Assembly: GCF_006345805.1 (NCBI RefSeq)
Contig: NC_043004.1
Coordinates: 24,862,001-24,926,000, forward strand
Reading direction: 5' to 3'
DNA: 64,000 bases
Origin: Octopus sinensis
Taxonomy: Eukaryota
Shown here piece after piece: positions 39,489 to 53,814 of this stretch (position 1 is its first letter; each line of letters opens with the position of its first letter). The notes beneath the pieces were generated by a model that worked only from the letters and a program-made list of their open reading frames with translations, ran no database searches and had not been told where the DNA came from. A program made the position numbers and the translations under genes.

Positions 39489-39650
39489 ACGGGCTTCTGT
39501 TCAGTTTCCGTCTACCAAATCCATTCACAAGGCTTTGGTCAGCCCAAGGCTATAGTAGAAGACACTTGCCCTAGGTGCCACGTAGTGGGACTGAACTAGG
39601 AACCATGTGGTTGGCAAGCAAGCTACTTACCACACATCCACTCCTGCGCC
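39185..39650 (-). mobile_element. SINE family A, full length
   Basis: Complete head and tail with internal (CATA)n(TA)n. Confidence 0.88.
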
Positions 39651-41326
39651 TTATTGAAAGAATTAAAAGTAATAATTCACATCTCTTTCTCTCTCTCTCT
39701 CAGTCTCTTCCCAGACAGGTAAACCATGTATTCACCTCTTCAGCAAGACACCTGCTGTCTTATCTTTCCATTTTATACCCCACTCAGTCAAGGGGTCTTA
39801 TCTTGCAGGTACCTGGTGAACTTACCAGTGCTGGTGCCACATATAAAGCACTTGGTACACACTGTTAAGTGACCAGCATTAGGAAGGGCATCCAGCTGTA
39901 GAAACCATGCCAAAGCAGACATACAATCTGGGGCAGCCCTTTGGCTTGTTTATTCTTGTCAAACTGCAGATCCCATGCCAGCATGGAAAAGGGGACATTA
40001 AGTAATGATGATGAATTCCAAGGGGTAAGGGTTCAAGATTTCTGTTGGTTATATAATAAAAAAGTGAAACACAAATTGACTAAAAATGTATATAAAAAAA
40101 AAGCAAGAATTCTTGTGCACAGTGAAGAATATTGGGTGAAAAAATGTAATACATTGGTAGTTGAGGATTGTAAAAATATAAGAATACCAAAGATGATGAG
40201 AAAGTTAATTGTAAGAACAGGTTTTAGACAGGTTTAGATGAGATCTGGGAAAATGCTGTATTGTGGAGTGTTTCAAGTTTGTTCTAGTTTGGACAATATG
40301 TCATTAATTAAATTGATGGTTGTTTTAGAAAAAATAAAGGACATTCTTGCAAATACTTTTCTAAATAGGTATTTATAATTTGATGTTAAGTGCAGATTAG
40401 GATAATGTAGTGAGCTAAGGATATTATTTCTCACTACAAATAGTTATAATTTCAATTAATTGAAAATTAATTTTAGCTCACTACATTAATTATATTAGCC
40501 TGAACCTAATTCTATGTTTTTCATTTGGAAGGAATTCCTGGAAAAGTTTCCACTGCCATTGTTTTTAACTTGGATTAGTTTGTGTTCTTGTACAGGTGGA
40601 CTTTTGGCTCAATATCCTTTCTAATTTTCTGTCTACTTCCTAATGAAATATGTGTCTAAACGAAGTAACATTTTCACTTGACAATTTTACTTGAGTATGC
40701 CTTTCTTTATCTGTCTGCCTGTCTTCTCAAAACAGGTGTTTATCTTTACCTCAGTTCTTCTATTGTGACATAAATAGTTATTTCGTTATTTCACTTTTCT
40801 TACTGAATGACTGTTTGGCAATCTAGCTAAAATATGTGTTGTCCGAGAATACAAGAAAATGTCTGTAATTATTGCCATTTTGGTTCAGTCCTTAACTTCC
40901 TTCTATCTATTTGTTCATCTATCTGTCCATCCATCCTCTCAACCATCTATCTTTCTTTTCTTCCTCACCTATTCTTCATCTATCTTCCCCTCCTTCTCTC
41001 CCACACACTTCATATTACGCTGTTTATATATATGTGTGTATATATATGTGTGTGTGTGTGTGTGTATGATCCACCATGGCAAAATAGACAAAGAGGAGGA
41101 ATATGAACTGGCATTCATCATCATCATGTACATTTCCTTGCTTGCATGGGTTTGACAGAGTTTATCAGGGTGGATTTTCTACAGCTGGATGCCTTTCCTT
41201 TCACCAACCTTTGCCTGTTCCATGGCCAGACATATTTTCACAGAATAATAGAAATGAAGGACAGTGCTTGCATGATGGTGACACTTGCTTACAATTAATT
41301 AACATGTGATGTTAAGGCAAGGAGAC

Positions 41327-41372
<46 letters not shown>

Positions 41373-41659
41373 TTTACTTGTTTCTGTCATTAGACTGCAG
41401 CCATGCTGGGGTACTGCTTGAAGAATTTTAGTTTAACGAATCGACCCCAGTACTGTGTCGGATACAGGTTGTGTTGTTAACCAGCTGGAGGAGATGTCCT
41501 CCTGGGGTTTAGAAAATGGTTGTAATGCAGTTCCGTATGGAACAGCCATGTTGACGTGACAACAAACATTACTTTCCAGTATTGTTATTACTCCTCATAT
41601 CTCTTATAGAGATTTTAGAACTAGATACTTTACTATATATATATATATATATATATATA

Positions 41660-41850
41660 CATAGGGAAAGTTTATGAAAATAAACAAAGACGAAGGCAGG
41701 TGGTGCACAAAACAAACAGATGTATTAGTATAACGTTCAGGAATAGAAAAAGTCTTTTACTTTTCGAGCCTACGCTCTTCTACAGAAAGGTACACAGAAA
41801 AAACAAGGAGAGAAAAAAATGTGTGTAGTAGCTAACGATCTATCATGTAT
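41660..41850 (-). mobile_element. Penelope-like pseudo-LTR-type repeat with minimal hammerhead-like motif
   Basis: The minus strand at 41754-41789 reads CTTT-CTGTAGA-A-GAGC-GTAG-GCTC-GAAA-AGT-A-AAAG. It is flanked by (TA)n and (CA)n. Confidence 0.65.
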
Positions 41851-44507
41851 ACATACATACACACACACACACACATATATAATTTGCCTGCCAAGTGTAA
41901 TGCAGGGATATAATACTGATTGTGTAAACAAAAATTCAAGAAATGTATTTATTGACTACTTTGAATCTTTCAGTTTTCTCATCATTGAATTTTTTCCATC
42001 TTTTTTTTTTTTTTTAAACAAGCAACGAACAAACTAAAATATTTAAAGAACAAACTTTATATATTGGAATAAAGCAGTAAAATGAATGAAAGTGAAGGGA
42101 GATAAGCAAGTGTATAAGTCTATCAAAATTAATCCTTTTCATTATTTGGTATGTTTATGTTGTACTGAAAGAAAAGTAAGAAAATATTCAATAATGAAAG
42201 GATATAAAGAACCAATAAATAATCTTTTTAGGATTTCACATATGCCTTCAATATCACATCCCTACAATACACTTTTGCTGTTAGTATTTTGTTTTATAAG
42301 TAACATATGCTTGCCATATCTTGGATGCCTTTGTTATTTTGACAAAGCATTATAAAGAAACATAAATGTTATATGTTTCTTGAATAAACTTTGTTTTACT
42401 TTTCTCTAAGATAGTTTTTCTGATTTCACTTGAAAAGTTGGTGTTCAGTCTTTCAAGCTTTTAGTATTTGGTCTTCTTACCTTTGTTCTTCTCGTGTTCA
42501 TTGCCATGATTCAATTTCAGAATGTGATACAAATAGAAAAGTACTTCAAAATAACAACAGTGGGACTAGAAAAGCAAGCTGATAATTGTAATGGAGAAAC
42601 ATGATAAAAAAAAAAATTGAAAAAGAAATATTTTTTCTATCTGTAAGGAAAAAATTAAGTACAAACTGGAAACTATTTGTGCTGAAGAAAAAGAGTTAAA
42701 GGCAAAAACTGCATAAACTGCAAAGAAAAAAAAAACAAACAAAATAAAATCTAATACAAAATCAAGACAGTATTGAGTAATATACTGTGGAACAAAATGA
42801 AGAGAAACATCATTCTGAGTCAGAATCCCACAAGACTCATTAGAAAGGAAATGAGCAGTGGCACAAAAGTTCTGGGCTAAATGCATGAACGGTGTATTTG
42901 ATTTTAGCTCACAAAATCCAATAGCTAACTATTTATAACTACAAAAATAATGTAGTAAAAAAATATGCTTTTATCATGTACAGGCTATATATGAGGAGTA
43001 TAACGGATACCTTTACAGCAAAACGAGTATATGAGGAGTACAATGAGTATGTGCAGCAAGTTGGAGTATATTCACAGGCATGACTGAGTCAGAAGTTATG
43101 TCTATTGGGTAATATACCAATATTTTGATGAGAGTGATTCATGTCTCTCACAATCAGTTGGGAAGACGTATAGTCTCAGGCTGGTCAAAGCTTTGTGAGT
43201 GGATTTGGTTGTTGGGATCTGAAAAGAGCCTATCTCGTGTGTGTGTGTGTGTGTTACTGTCTTTTTTGTCTTGCCTTCACATGATAGTTGTAAGCGAGTA
43301 TCACCCTAATCCTACCCCTAATTTATTTCCAATCTTCTTTGAAAACATATCTGGTCATGGGGAAATATTATAGATGAGGACTGGTGACAGAAAAAGAATC
43401 CAACCGTAGACAAATCCACTTCAGTAAGTTCTGTCCAACCCATTTGAGCATGAAAAAGTGGATGTTAAACAATGGTGATATATGGTGAGAAAAAGAGACA
43501 GAATTTTTGCTTGCAACTTGAATTTTCAGGCTTCTGCAATCTCTGGAGAAGAATTTTTCAACTCAATTTTGGTGGCAGTTGCTGCCTCATGCTTGCATTT
43601 GTTCATTGGTTGGCATTTTGCATTTACTGATTGACTGTTATTTTTCTTTCTTTTCACTGGTTATTTTTTGATGGTGTGAGGCAGGGTGGGAGGTAGTGTA
43701 TATTTTTAATTTGGTTATTCATTCTAGATTTATTAATTTAGTTCAGATTGTTGCTTAGTTTCTCTTTTCTTTCACTGTATTGTGTCTGCAAACAATACAA
43801 TAATTAAAAAAAACTCAAACTTATGAAACTTGAGTTTGCAAGATTAAATTTTAGCTTCAATAAGCCACATGCTCTACAACATTTATTGAGCACTCTTCTC
43901 TCATTCATTTGACACATTGTTACACACACATACACACATGTGTGTGTGTATATATCCATTATTTTTTACTTGCTTCAGTCATTAGACTGTGGCCATGTCG
44001 GGGTACTGCCTTGAAGAGTTGAGCAGATCAGTTCCAGTACTTTTTTTATTTAAATCCAGCACTTATTCTGTTTGTCTCTTTGCTAGGCCGCTAAGTTAAT
44101 GGGACATAAACAAACCAGCACAGGTTGTCTAACAGTGGTGGGGGACAAGCACAAAACTACACATATATACACAAAGCCACACACACACACACGAGTTTCT
44201 TTTAGTTTCCATCTACCAATGACACTCACAAAACCTCAGTTAGCTCAGGCTGCAGTGGAAGTACTTGCTGCGAGACTGAACCTGGAACCTTGTGGTTGGG
44301 AAGCGAGCTTCTTACCACACAGCCACACCTTCTCCTATCGCTAATCCTGTGCTGAGCAAAGCTTTGTGAATAGATTTCATTGATGGAACTTAAAAGAACC
44401 CTGTCATATAGATATGTGTGTGTGTGTTACCATCTTTTTTGCCTTGACATCATCTAATAGTTGTAAATGAGCATCACTGTCATGTAAATGGTATTCTATG
44501 TTCCCAA

Positions 44508-44725
44508 AGGTGGCAAGCTGGCAGAAACGTTAGCATGCCGGGCGAAATGCTTTGCGGTATTTCGTCTGCCGCTACGTTCTGAGTTCAAATTCCACCGAGG
44601 TCGACTTTGCCTTTCATCTTTTCGGGGTCGATTAAATAAGTACCAGTTACGCACTGGGGTCGATATAATTGACTTATTCCGTTTGTCCTCTCTGTGTTTA
44701 GCCCCTTGTGGGTAGTAAAGAAATA
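44508..44725 (+). mobile_element. Young SINE family B copy with 18-bp TSD
   Basis: GGTATTCTATGTTCCCAA occurs at 44490-44507 and 44726-44743; CpGs are retained. Confidence 0.93.
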
Positions 44726-45789
44726 GGTATTCTATGTTCCCAATCTTCTCTAAAAACATGTCTTGTCATGGGAAAACATTACCTTACAGGCAAGGGTTGG
44801 CAACAGGAAGAGCATCTATCCATAGAAAATCTGCCTCAACAAATCCCGTCTAACCCATGTGGGCATGAGAAAATGAACATTAATACAATGAGGATGATTA
44901 CAAACAGGTTGAGCAACCATGTAGGAAATACTTTGTTGGCTCAATAATTAAACTCTTTATTTGTCTGTCTATCCTAGCATAGATTTTTAACCAACACTGC
45001 ACATAGAGACAGATGTAAACACCTTGTTGATATGTATTATTTCCATAGAGAGAAAAAGAGGGATCAGCCAGTCTAGTTTTATTCCTCTCTTGGGATTTCT
45101 TCATTGGCGGAATACCTCCCTTTACATTCTACATACAGCGACACTGCTTATAAACCCACTGTTATTAAGAGCTTAAGTAAATTGGATAGAGCAGTTTGTA
45201 TGTATAATGCATTCTTGGCAGACAGTTCAATTAATAAATTACTGATGTGTTAACGGTGTTTTGTTTCTCTGCTATATTGTACTACAGAATATATTTATAG
45301 ATTTTTGGCTAGCACTGTATAAGTAGAGACAGTGTATTTTTAGGTGATGTCTTCTCTTCATGTAATGAAAAGGAGGGATCAATTAGACTATTTTTCTCTC
45401 TCTTTCTGTATGTGTATGTGTGTGTGTCTGTATATATAAATATGTGTGTATACACATACACAATTTATTTTAGGTGCAGGCATGGCTATGTGGTTAACAA
45501 GTTTGTTTTGCAGCCACATGGTTTCCGAGTTCAGTCCTACCGTGTAGCACCTTGGGCAAGTGATTTCTTGTGTAGCCCCGGACTGATCATTGCCTTGTGA
45601 GTGGATTTTGCTAGGTGGAAATTGTGTGGAAGCCCATTTTATAAATGTGTATGTGTGTGCCTGTTTATGATCCCAGTTTTTGTATTGAGCTTAAACAAAT
45701 AAGTGCTGGGGTTGATTTGTTCAACTGAACCCTTCAAGGCTCTGCCCGCGCCAAGTAAAACACAAAATATGATATACATAGATACTTGT

Positions 45790-46390
45790 GTGTATTCTTT
45801 ATTCCACTTTCTTAGTTGTTCTCCATTTAGGATGTGGCCTCACTTTAAAACATGGTGTTGTTTGTTGATCTGACTTTCTGTCTTTTACATTCTTGTTCTT
45901 ATCCTCTGTGTAAGATGTGGATATATCTCAGAAGTCTTTATAATGTTTCCTGCTTTAAAATGGTTTATTATTTCTCAAGCAGATGCATATAAGAGTAATT
46001 TATTCTATGAATATTTCTACCTTTCCTTCACCTGTGCGTTTAATGCTTTTGTCATCTTCACTTTGTCAAGTACAGTGAAATGTATGTTTTGTTGAGGAGA
46101 TGTGATAAGGTTGGAATATGTCAAAAGTTGTCTCCCATATTTGCAGAAAGACTCAGAAGAATATTTGTCTCTCACTAATGTTTACTTCTTCCTCATCTCA
46201 TGATTACTTTCTTATCAACTTTTTGGCGCTCCTTGATTGACGAATATTAACACCAACTGAACCTCATCTCTTTGGTTATTCTAACTTTCAAATACGTTGC
46301 GTCTGCCTTAATTAAACCTTGCACTTGTCCTCCATGTACAAGATGTGTGCGAACACGAGATTCTAATTGTCCTCACTTGTAACAATGGAT
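45790..46390 (-). mobile_element. Decayed LINE ORF remnant, possibly RLE-type
   Basis: Broken minus-strand frame ...GLIKADATYLKVRIT...YSSIKERQKVDKKVIM...HIPTLSHLLNKTY; many stops. Confidence 0.35.
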
Positions 46391-46617
46391 CTGCTTGTCT
46401 GTTAGTATTTTTGAAGCTGGTTTAACAACACAACACGACACGACAAGACATAATACACACACGTACACAGATACACACTCAAACATGCTAATTGCTTGCT
46501 CTTTGTTGATTCTGGACATCTGCCCATGCTACACAATAGATGCCAGAAAGTTGCTCTTATCCCTACACCCTCCCACTTTTGTCTGCTTGTCTGTCTGTCT
46601 CTTTATATATTGCTCTC

Positions 46618-46648
<31 letters not shown>

Positions 46649-47851
46649 CTCTCTATCATTCTTTGTTGTATTTTGTTCCATCCCCTCCAATTTTTTCTTG
46701 ATACTAACTATACACCTCTGTTTGTCTGTGTCTGTTTCTGTCTGTCTGTCTGTTTGTCTCTCCCCTCTGAAACAGCTTTATCTTTTTTTCTATCTGTCAG
46801 TATGTCTGTTTGTCTGTCTGTCTTTTCTTCTCTTATCAGTCTGTTTGCCTTTCATTCCTTCTCCTTTTCTTTCTCTCTCTCTTTCTTTCTTCCTTATGCA
46901 TATCTGATAGTGTGCATGCATGTATCTGTGTGTTGGATTGGATGATAGAAAACAGCTTTTCTTTTAGATATTTTACAGTGAAAATCTTAACTATGAACTA
47001 GGTTTTAGTTTTATCTTTTTAAAAGAATTTTTTTTTTTTTTTATGCATGTAGTTCTTCATTCGAAACAATAAAAGTTCTGAAATCCATCATAAGCAACAT
47101 TTTTAGTCTTTCACAGTCACATCTTCAGGATGTGAGCTGTTGTTGGTGAGTGTAGTCGGTGACAGTGATTATGTAAATGTACATACAGTTTGTTTGTGTG
47201 TGCAAATGTCTATGTATATATGAATATATAATCTTATATATGTGTATATATATATATATAGAGAGATATACACACACACACATACACACATCATGTATAT
47301 ATGTATATATATATGTGCGTATGTATAGATATGTGTGTGTTTATGTGTGTATATATATATATATATATAAATATATTTATTTGCTAGTTTGGATGTAATA
47401 CCCTACATGTTTTTACTTAAGACATTTCTGTTTGAAACTGTAACAGAGAAAGTCCAGCCTGACAGTCAGAACACTGATGTCTGACAGCAGAAATATTGAA
47501 ATGCATATTTAGAAGTGCACATTTAGACTTTAGCAGCAGCTGCATCAGTGGAGTTGTAGTTGAAGAGGTAGTAGTCATGGCTATATATAGTCAGACAAAT
47601 GCATTTATGATTTCTAAAGTCTTGTGCACGTTTGTGCTTTTTTTTGTTTTTTTATTTTTACGCAGACATTGCTGTCTATCACTTTTGCCGACTTTCTTTG
47701 ACCCTGAGTCTCTCTCTCCCTCTCTGTCTGTCTTCTGTATTCGTCTCCTTCTGTCTCTCTTATCTCTTCGCTTTTCTCTTTCTTATCCTTTTATTGAATA
47801 TAGTAAATTGGATAAGAACACAACAAGTACTGCTTAAATGTCTCCTCCTGA

Positions 47852-48893
<1,042 letters not shown>

Positions 48894-49369
48894 GTGTGTG
48901 TCTGTGCATACACATATACATTGTTAGAGTAGTTATGTTTCAATGTATGCATATGTGTATTTGTAAATATAAATTTTTATAAATGGGTGTTTAGTAAATA
49001 TGCAACTACATTTATTCATGTATTTGTGGGTGTGTAACTGAAATTGAATGTATTTTGTAATGTGTGTTTGTGTGCTTGCGTGCATATCTGTGTGTGTAAA
49101 TTAGTGTGGTTGGGTAATGTATGTGTGTGTGAGTGCATAAATTTTAAATTATATTTGTACATATATTTTCTTTCTTTGTGTATCTATGCTCTTTATGTGT
49201 AAATATTTTTTTCTTACAAATATAAATTAAAAGCTTTTATTAGTGTATGATGGTATAAAAATACATATCTAAAAAAGGTGTACATTTATTTTTATCATGC
49301 TCTTGCACATCAGAATGGGAAAGGCATTCACTGTGGGATTTTGTCATAGAGAAAAAAAAATTCTTTCTG

Positions 49370-51110
49370 TAGAAATTATTTGTAACATATCAATCTGAGC
49401 TGTGAGTGGCTGTAACAGACTACCAGACATGGTACTTTGGGTAGGTTTTGCTTCTCTAGTGGCAGATACCACCTCAGTCATTTGGAGCTTGGCCAGGGCT
49501 TATGTTCCTATGCATAGATATATTCTTATAACCCAGCCTCCAGTGAGGGCAATTACTTATCATGTTCTCTCATCTTTTGACAATCCTGTTTACTTACTTC
49601 CTGTTTCTTTTGCAAACATCTTTAAAACAAAGATGGGTTTACCTTTGTGCTTATGCCAGAGGCAAGTTTTATGTACAGTAACTCTTTTGGAATCTCTCCA
49701 TTTGACATGCTGTGTACATGTGACCTGGTCTGTGGAAATTTCATTTCTGGAATAGGATGAAATGACTTGGTATCTGAGCATGGGTCAAAACCTCATTGTT
49801 GATGAAGCAGTCAGTTAAATTTGATGTCTAGGATGTGTCTTGGGTTGTGAATAGCGAAACAGTCCATACCTTGCCACTGTAAACCTGTGTACTGAGGATG
49901 CAAACTCTGTAAATTGCAATCTTGCTGCATATCATTAACTTACTATTTTTTTAGTCTCTTTGTCAACTTGACAAACATTTTGGCCTAACAGGTTTTTCAA
50001 GGTCGATATCTGAACGGAAGTCCTGGCAGGCTTTTGAGAAGCTGTCTATAAGGTGTTGCAAATGCCTCTGAGACTTTGTTGCCAGTGCTATATTGTCTGC
50101 AAATAGCATATCCCTGATGAGCACTTTACATACTTTGGCTTTTGCCCTCAATTTGGATAGAATGAGTAGTCTTTTGTCCAATCTGATGGGAAGGTCAGCA
50201 CCATCAGTTGATGTTTTAAAGTTGTGCTTTAGCCAGGAATTACAACCGTGTGTCGTGGTCTGCTACCACAACAGCTCCTTTATAGGATCCAGTTAGCTCA
50301 AGACATCATCAGGAGGAACCACGTCTGGTTTCGGCCCCTACTCCTCTACCGTTTTGACGTTGCACCCCCCCCCTTTCGGAGGTGTCCGCTGAATAGAGTA
50401 AATGTAAGCACAGAGCCCTGTTTCACTCAGATACTGATGTTGAAAGTAACTCTCCATAGAAGAGCTGTTAAACCAAATGACTCTTTATGTCTGTGGAGAA
50501 TGACTGAACTTTCCTCAAGGAGCCAATCCTAGTAAGAATTTTAAACAGGCCATCTCTGCTCAAGGATGAAAACTTTTGTGAGATCAAGGAAAATGATATA
50601 GTGTAGTTGTCTTTGCTCTCTGTATTTCTCTTGTTGTTGGCAAAGCGAGAAGATCATATTGTTCAGGAAATGTTTTGCTTTGAAATCATACTGCTACCCA
50701 GGATATTTACTTTTGGCAATTATTTATAGTCTGTTTAGAAGCATATGAATGAGGACACCGTCATCAATACTCAACAGAGAGATTTCTCTATAGCTCATTC
50801 ACTTGTTTCTCTACTTCCTTTTTCATAGACTGGGTAACAACACTGCAGTTTCTCATGTCTTTTAACGTTGTTCCTTCTTTCTAGCACTGGCATAGGACTT
50901 CATGCAGGTAGTTTAAACAAATGCAGGAAAGTGTATCTTTTATGGATAGCTGTATATATTTGATGCTCACATGTTCAAAACAAGAACAATCTTTATGTTG
51001 ATGTTCATAGTGAACAAACTAAGAATGTTGGTCATGTACTCTCTTGCAGGGAATTGTTTCCCTGTTTTGCTGAGCAATAGCATTTTTAATCCTGTATTTC
51101 TATTGATGAC
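49370..51110 (-). mobile_element. Decayed RTE-BovB-like LINE ORF2
   Basis: Frameshifted pieces LHEVLCQC*KEGTTLKDMRN, MIFSLCQQQEKYREQRQ..IFLDLTK, VKQGSVL, LRAKAKVCKVLIRDMLFADN and KDVCKR. Confidence 0.85.
50249..50377 (-). mobile_element. Short LTR (TG...CA, 116 bp) with upstream polypurine tract, inserted in the RTE
   Basis: Minus strand GAAAGGGGGGGGG|TGCAACGTC...TATAAAGG...CACGACACA. It is GC-richer than its flanks and interrupts the RT between TLFS and KHNFK. Confidence 0.6.
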
Positions 51111-52368
51111 TGGCATCAGTGCTAGTGGAGCTCTAAGAGTACCATACGAGCGTGATCGTTGCCAGAGCAACAAACTGGCCTCCGTGCCGGTGGCATGTAA
51201 AAAACACCATTCAAGCATGGTCGTTACTTCCGTCACCTTACTGGCACTTGTGCTGGTGGCACATGAAATAACATTTGAGCGAGGTCATTGCCAGTGCCGC
51301 TGGACTGGCTCCTGTGCAGGTGGCACATAAAAAGCACCATTTGAACATGGCCGTTGCCTGTACCGCCTGATTGGCTTTCGTGCCGGTGGCACGTAAAAGC
51401 ACCCACTACACTCTCGGAGTGGTTGGCATTAGGAAGGGCATCCAGCTGTAGAAACTCTGCCTGATCAGATTGGAGTCTGGTGCAGTCATCCGGTTCGCCA
51501 GACCTCAGTCAAATTGTCCAACCCATGCTAGCATGGAAAGCGGACGTTAAACAATGATGATGATGATGATCATCATCATTTCAAATAATTTATTTATTCA
51601 GAATTACCATGGTTCTTTTACTAGTTGATCATCAGTTGAGTTGTTTTGCTTCTCTTGATATGCAGGGCTAACTTGTTAGTGTACATGGGTCAAATGCAAG
51701 GCATTTTGCCACTTCATTTTCTGAAGAAAAAATTTCAGCACTTGAATACTTCTAGCTTGGTAATATTGATATATCATACTTACATGTTGCTAATAGTTTC
51801 TACTTGTTTGGTATGTATTATTGTATCAGCAAGCACACCTGTTCTGTGATGCACATTATCTCATCAACAAATCACTGAATTTTTGAAACTGAAATTTACA
51901 GTGGAGAAAATTCTCTCTTTAGGTAATTGGTGTTTAAGCACCATTAGTCAATGAAAATGACCTATTTATGAGTCAAATATGTCCCAAACATATTTGAACT
52001 GACCTAAAAGTTTGTTTATTCCTTTATACGGCTTCACATGCCTACTACATAATTTGTTCACACCTGATGGCTGATCATACACAGCCAGTAGTTTCTACTG
52101 ATTTTCTATGAGGAAGCTGTGACTTTGTGTCATTTCAGGGTTGCAATGCTTGGTATCTGGTGCTAACAATAGCAAAGGAGCTTCAAATGTATATTAGTTC
52201 ATAGGGTCGCTCTTAAAGGACTGTTGGTGTTTTAACATCTGTTGCTTTACATGAGAATGTTCTCTATGGCAAACCACAGTGGAAATGGCTTTTTTATAGG
52301 TTAAATATGTCCTGGATATATTTGAACTGATCTAAAAGTTTCCTTATTTCACAATATTATTTCACATG

Positions 52369-52432
<64 letters not shown>

Positions 52433-53814
52433 AAGAACAAAAAAATAATGAATAAAAAACCAAATTGACAAGATATGTTTACAAATAATGTTATATAGGC
52501 TTCATACTTGGGGGATGGAAAGAATTAATATCACTGTCCTTCTTTGGGCATTGGAAAAACAAAGTGGAAAGACTAGGAGGATTGGAAAAAAAATAAGGCA
52601 AAAATTGAGAAAAAAATTGGTGAAATAAATAAACAGGTGCAGGTGTGGCTCTGAGGTAAGAAGTTAACTTCCCAACCACAAGGTTCTGGGTTCAGTTCTA
52701 CTGCATAACACCTTTGGCAAATGTCTTCTATTATAGCTTCAGGCTGACCAAAGCCTTGTGAGTGTATTCGGTAGATGGAAACTGAAAGAGGCCCATCATA
52801 TATGTGTATGTGTTTGTACCTCTCCATCACTTGACAAGTGGTGCTGGTATATATACATCTCCATAACTTAGCAGTTTGGCAAAAGAGACCGATAGAATAA
52901 GTACCAGGTTTTACAAAAAAACTAATAAGTACTGGGAGTTGATTCATTTGACTAAAAGTTCTTCAAGGCCGTGCCCCAGCATGACCGCAGTCTAATAACT
53001 GAAAGAAATATAAAATAAAGGATAAAATGAAAAAGAGCAATCCCTATGAGAGAAGCCATGTGGCCTACATGTTTAACTGCTGACTCAAAGAAAATAATTT
53101 GGATATACTTTTTTCCTGTATACAAAGAAGGATGAACCAATATTTAAACTGCTTTTACACACACACACACACAGACACTGTTCTTTCTATCTCTTCTTTC
53201 TCTCAAAATACAATTATAGGTATGTGACTCAGCATGTTATATTGTTTATACATTTAATATTTAATATTTCCTATGAGTGGCATATCCACAAGCAAACCTG
53301 TTTCTCTATGTTGTATGTCATCAACATTGACTAATGAAATTGTAGATAGTCATTTGTATATATGTATGAATGTGTGTATGTTTGTATGCATGTATGTATC
53401 TGCACATCTCTCTAATATATATGTATGTATGTTTATGCATGTATGTATGTATATACATATATCCGTACATATGTATGTATATGCATGTAATATATGTATG
53501 TATATGCATCATATATCTATGTGTGTATGTGTGTGTCTGGGGATGTGTATAAATATATTAATTTTTCCAGGTTTGCATAGGTGGTATGAACTTTTCTTTT
53601 GTGAGGGTTGAAGAGACTAATTTTCTAGCTGGGTGCATTTCCACTAATCACTCAACTGTGACATAGGAGTGGACTTTCCTTTTGAAAGGACCAGAGTCAA
53701 TTCAGATCAGTTAAATCGCTCCTTTGATAAAACGAACCTTATCCCTCAACTTTAGTAAATAAAACCACCACTACTACAACTGTTGCTACTACTTCTAAGA
53801 CATTTCTTCTGGCT

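Noticed and set aside
46395-46907. 170-aa and 149-aa hydrophobic ORFs
   Set aside because: Translation of (CT)n/(TCTG)n low-complexity DNA.
7117-47145. Micro-exon-like segments with good splice signals (7117-7136+, 21759-21778+, 47117-47145+, about 37130-37154-)
   Set aside because: They do not join into a recognisable protein, and a few such acceptor/donor pairs are expected by chance in 64 kb of AT-rich DNA. RNA-seq junctions would be needed.
50306-50332. GAAA-stem-GTT...CTGATGA in the short LTR
   Set aside because: Only 4 nt separate the putative cleavage site from CTGATGA, so stem I cannot form, and no stem II partner follows.
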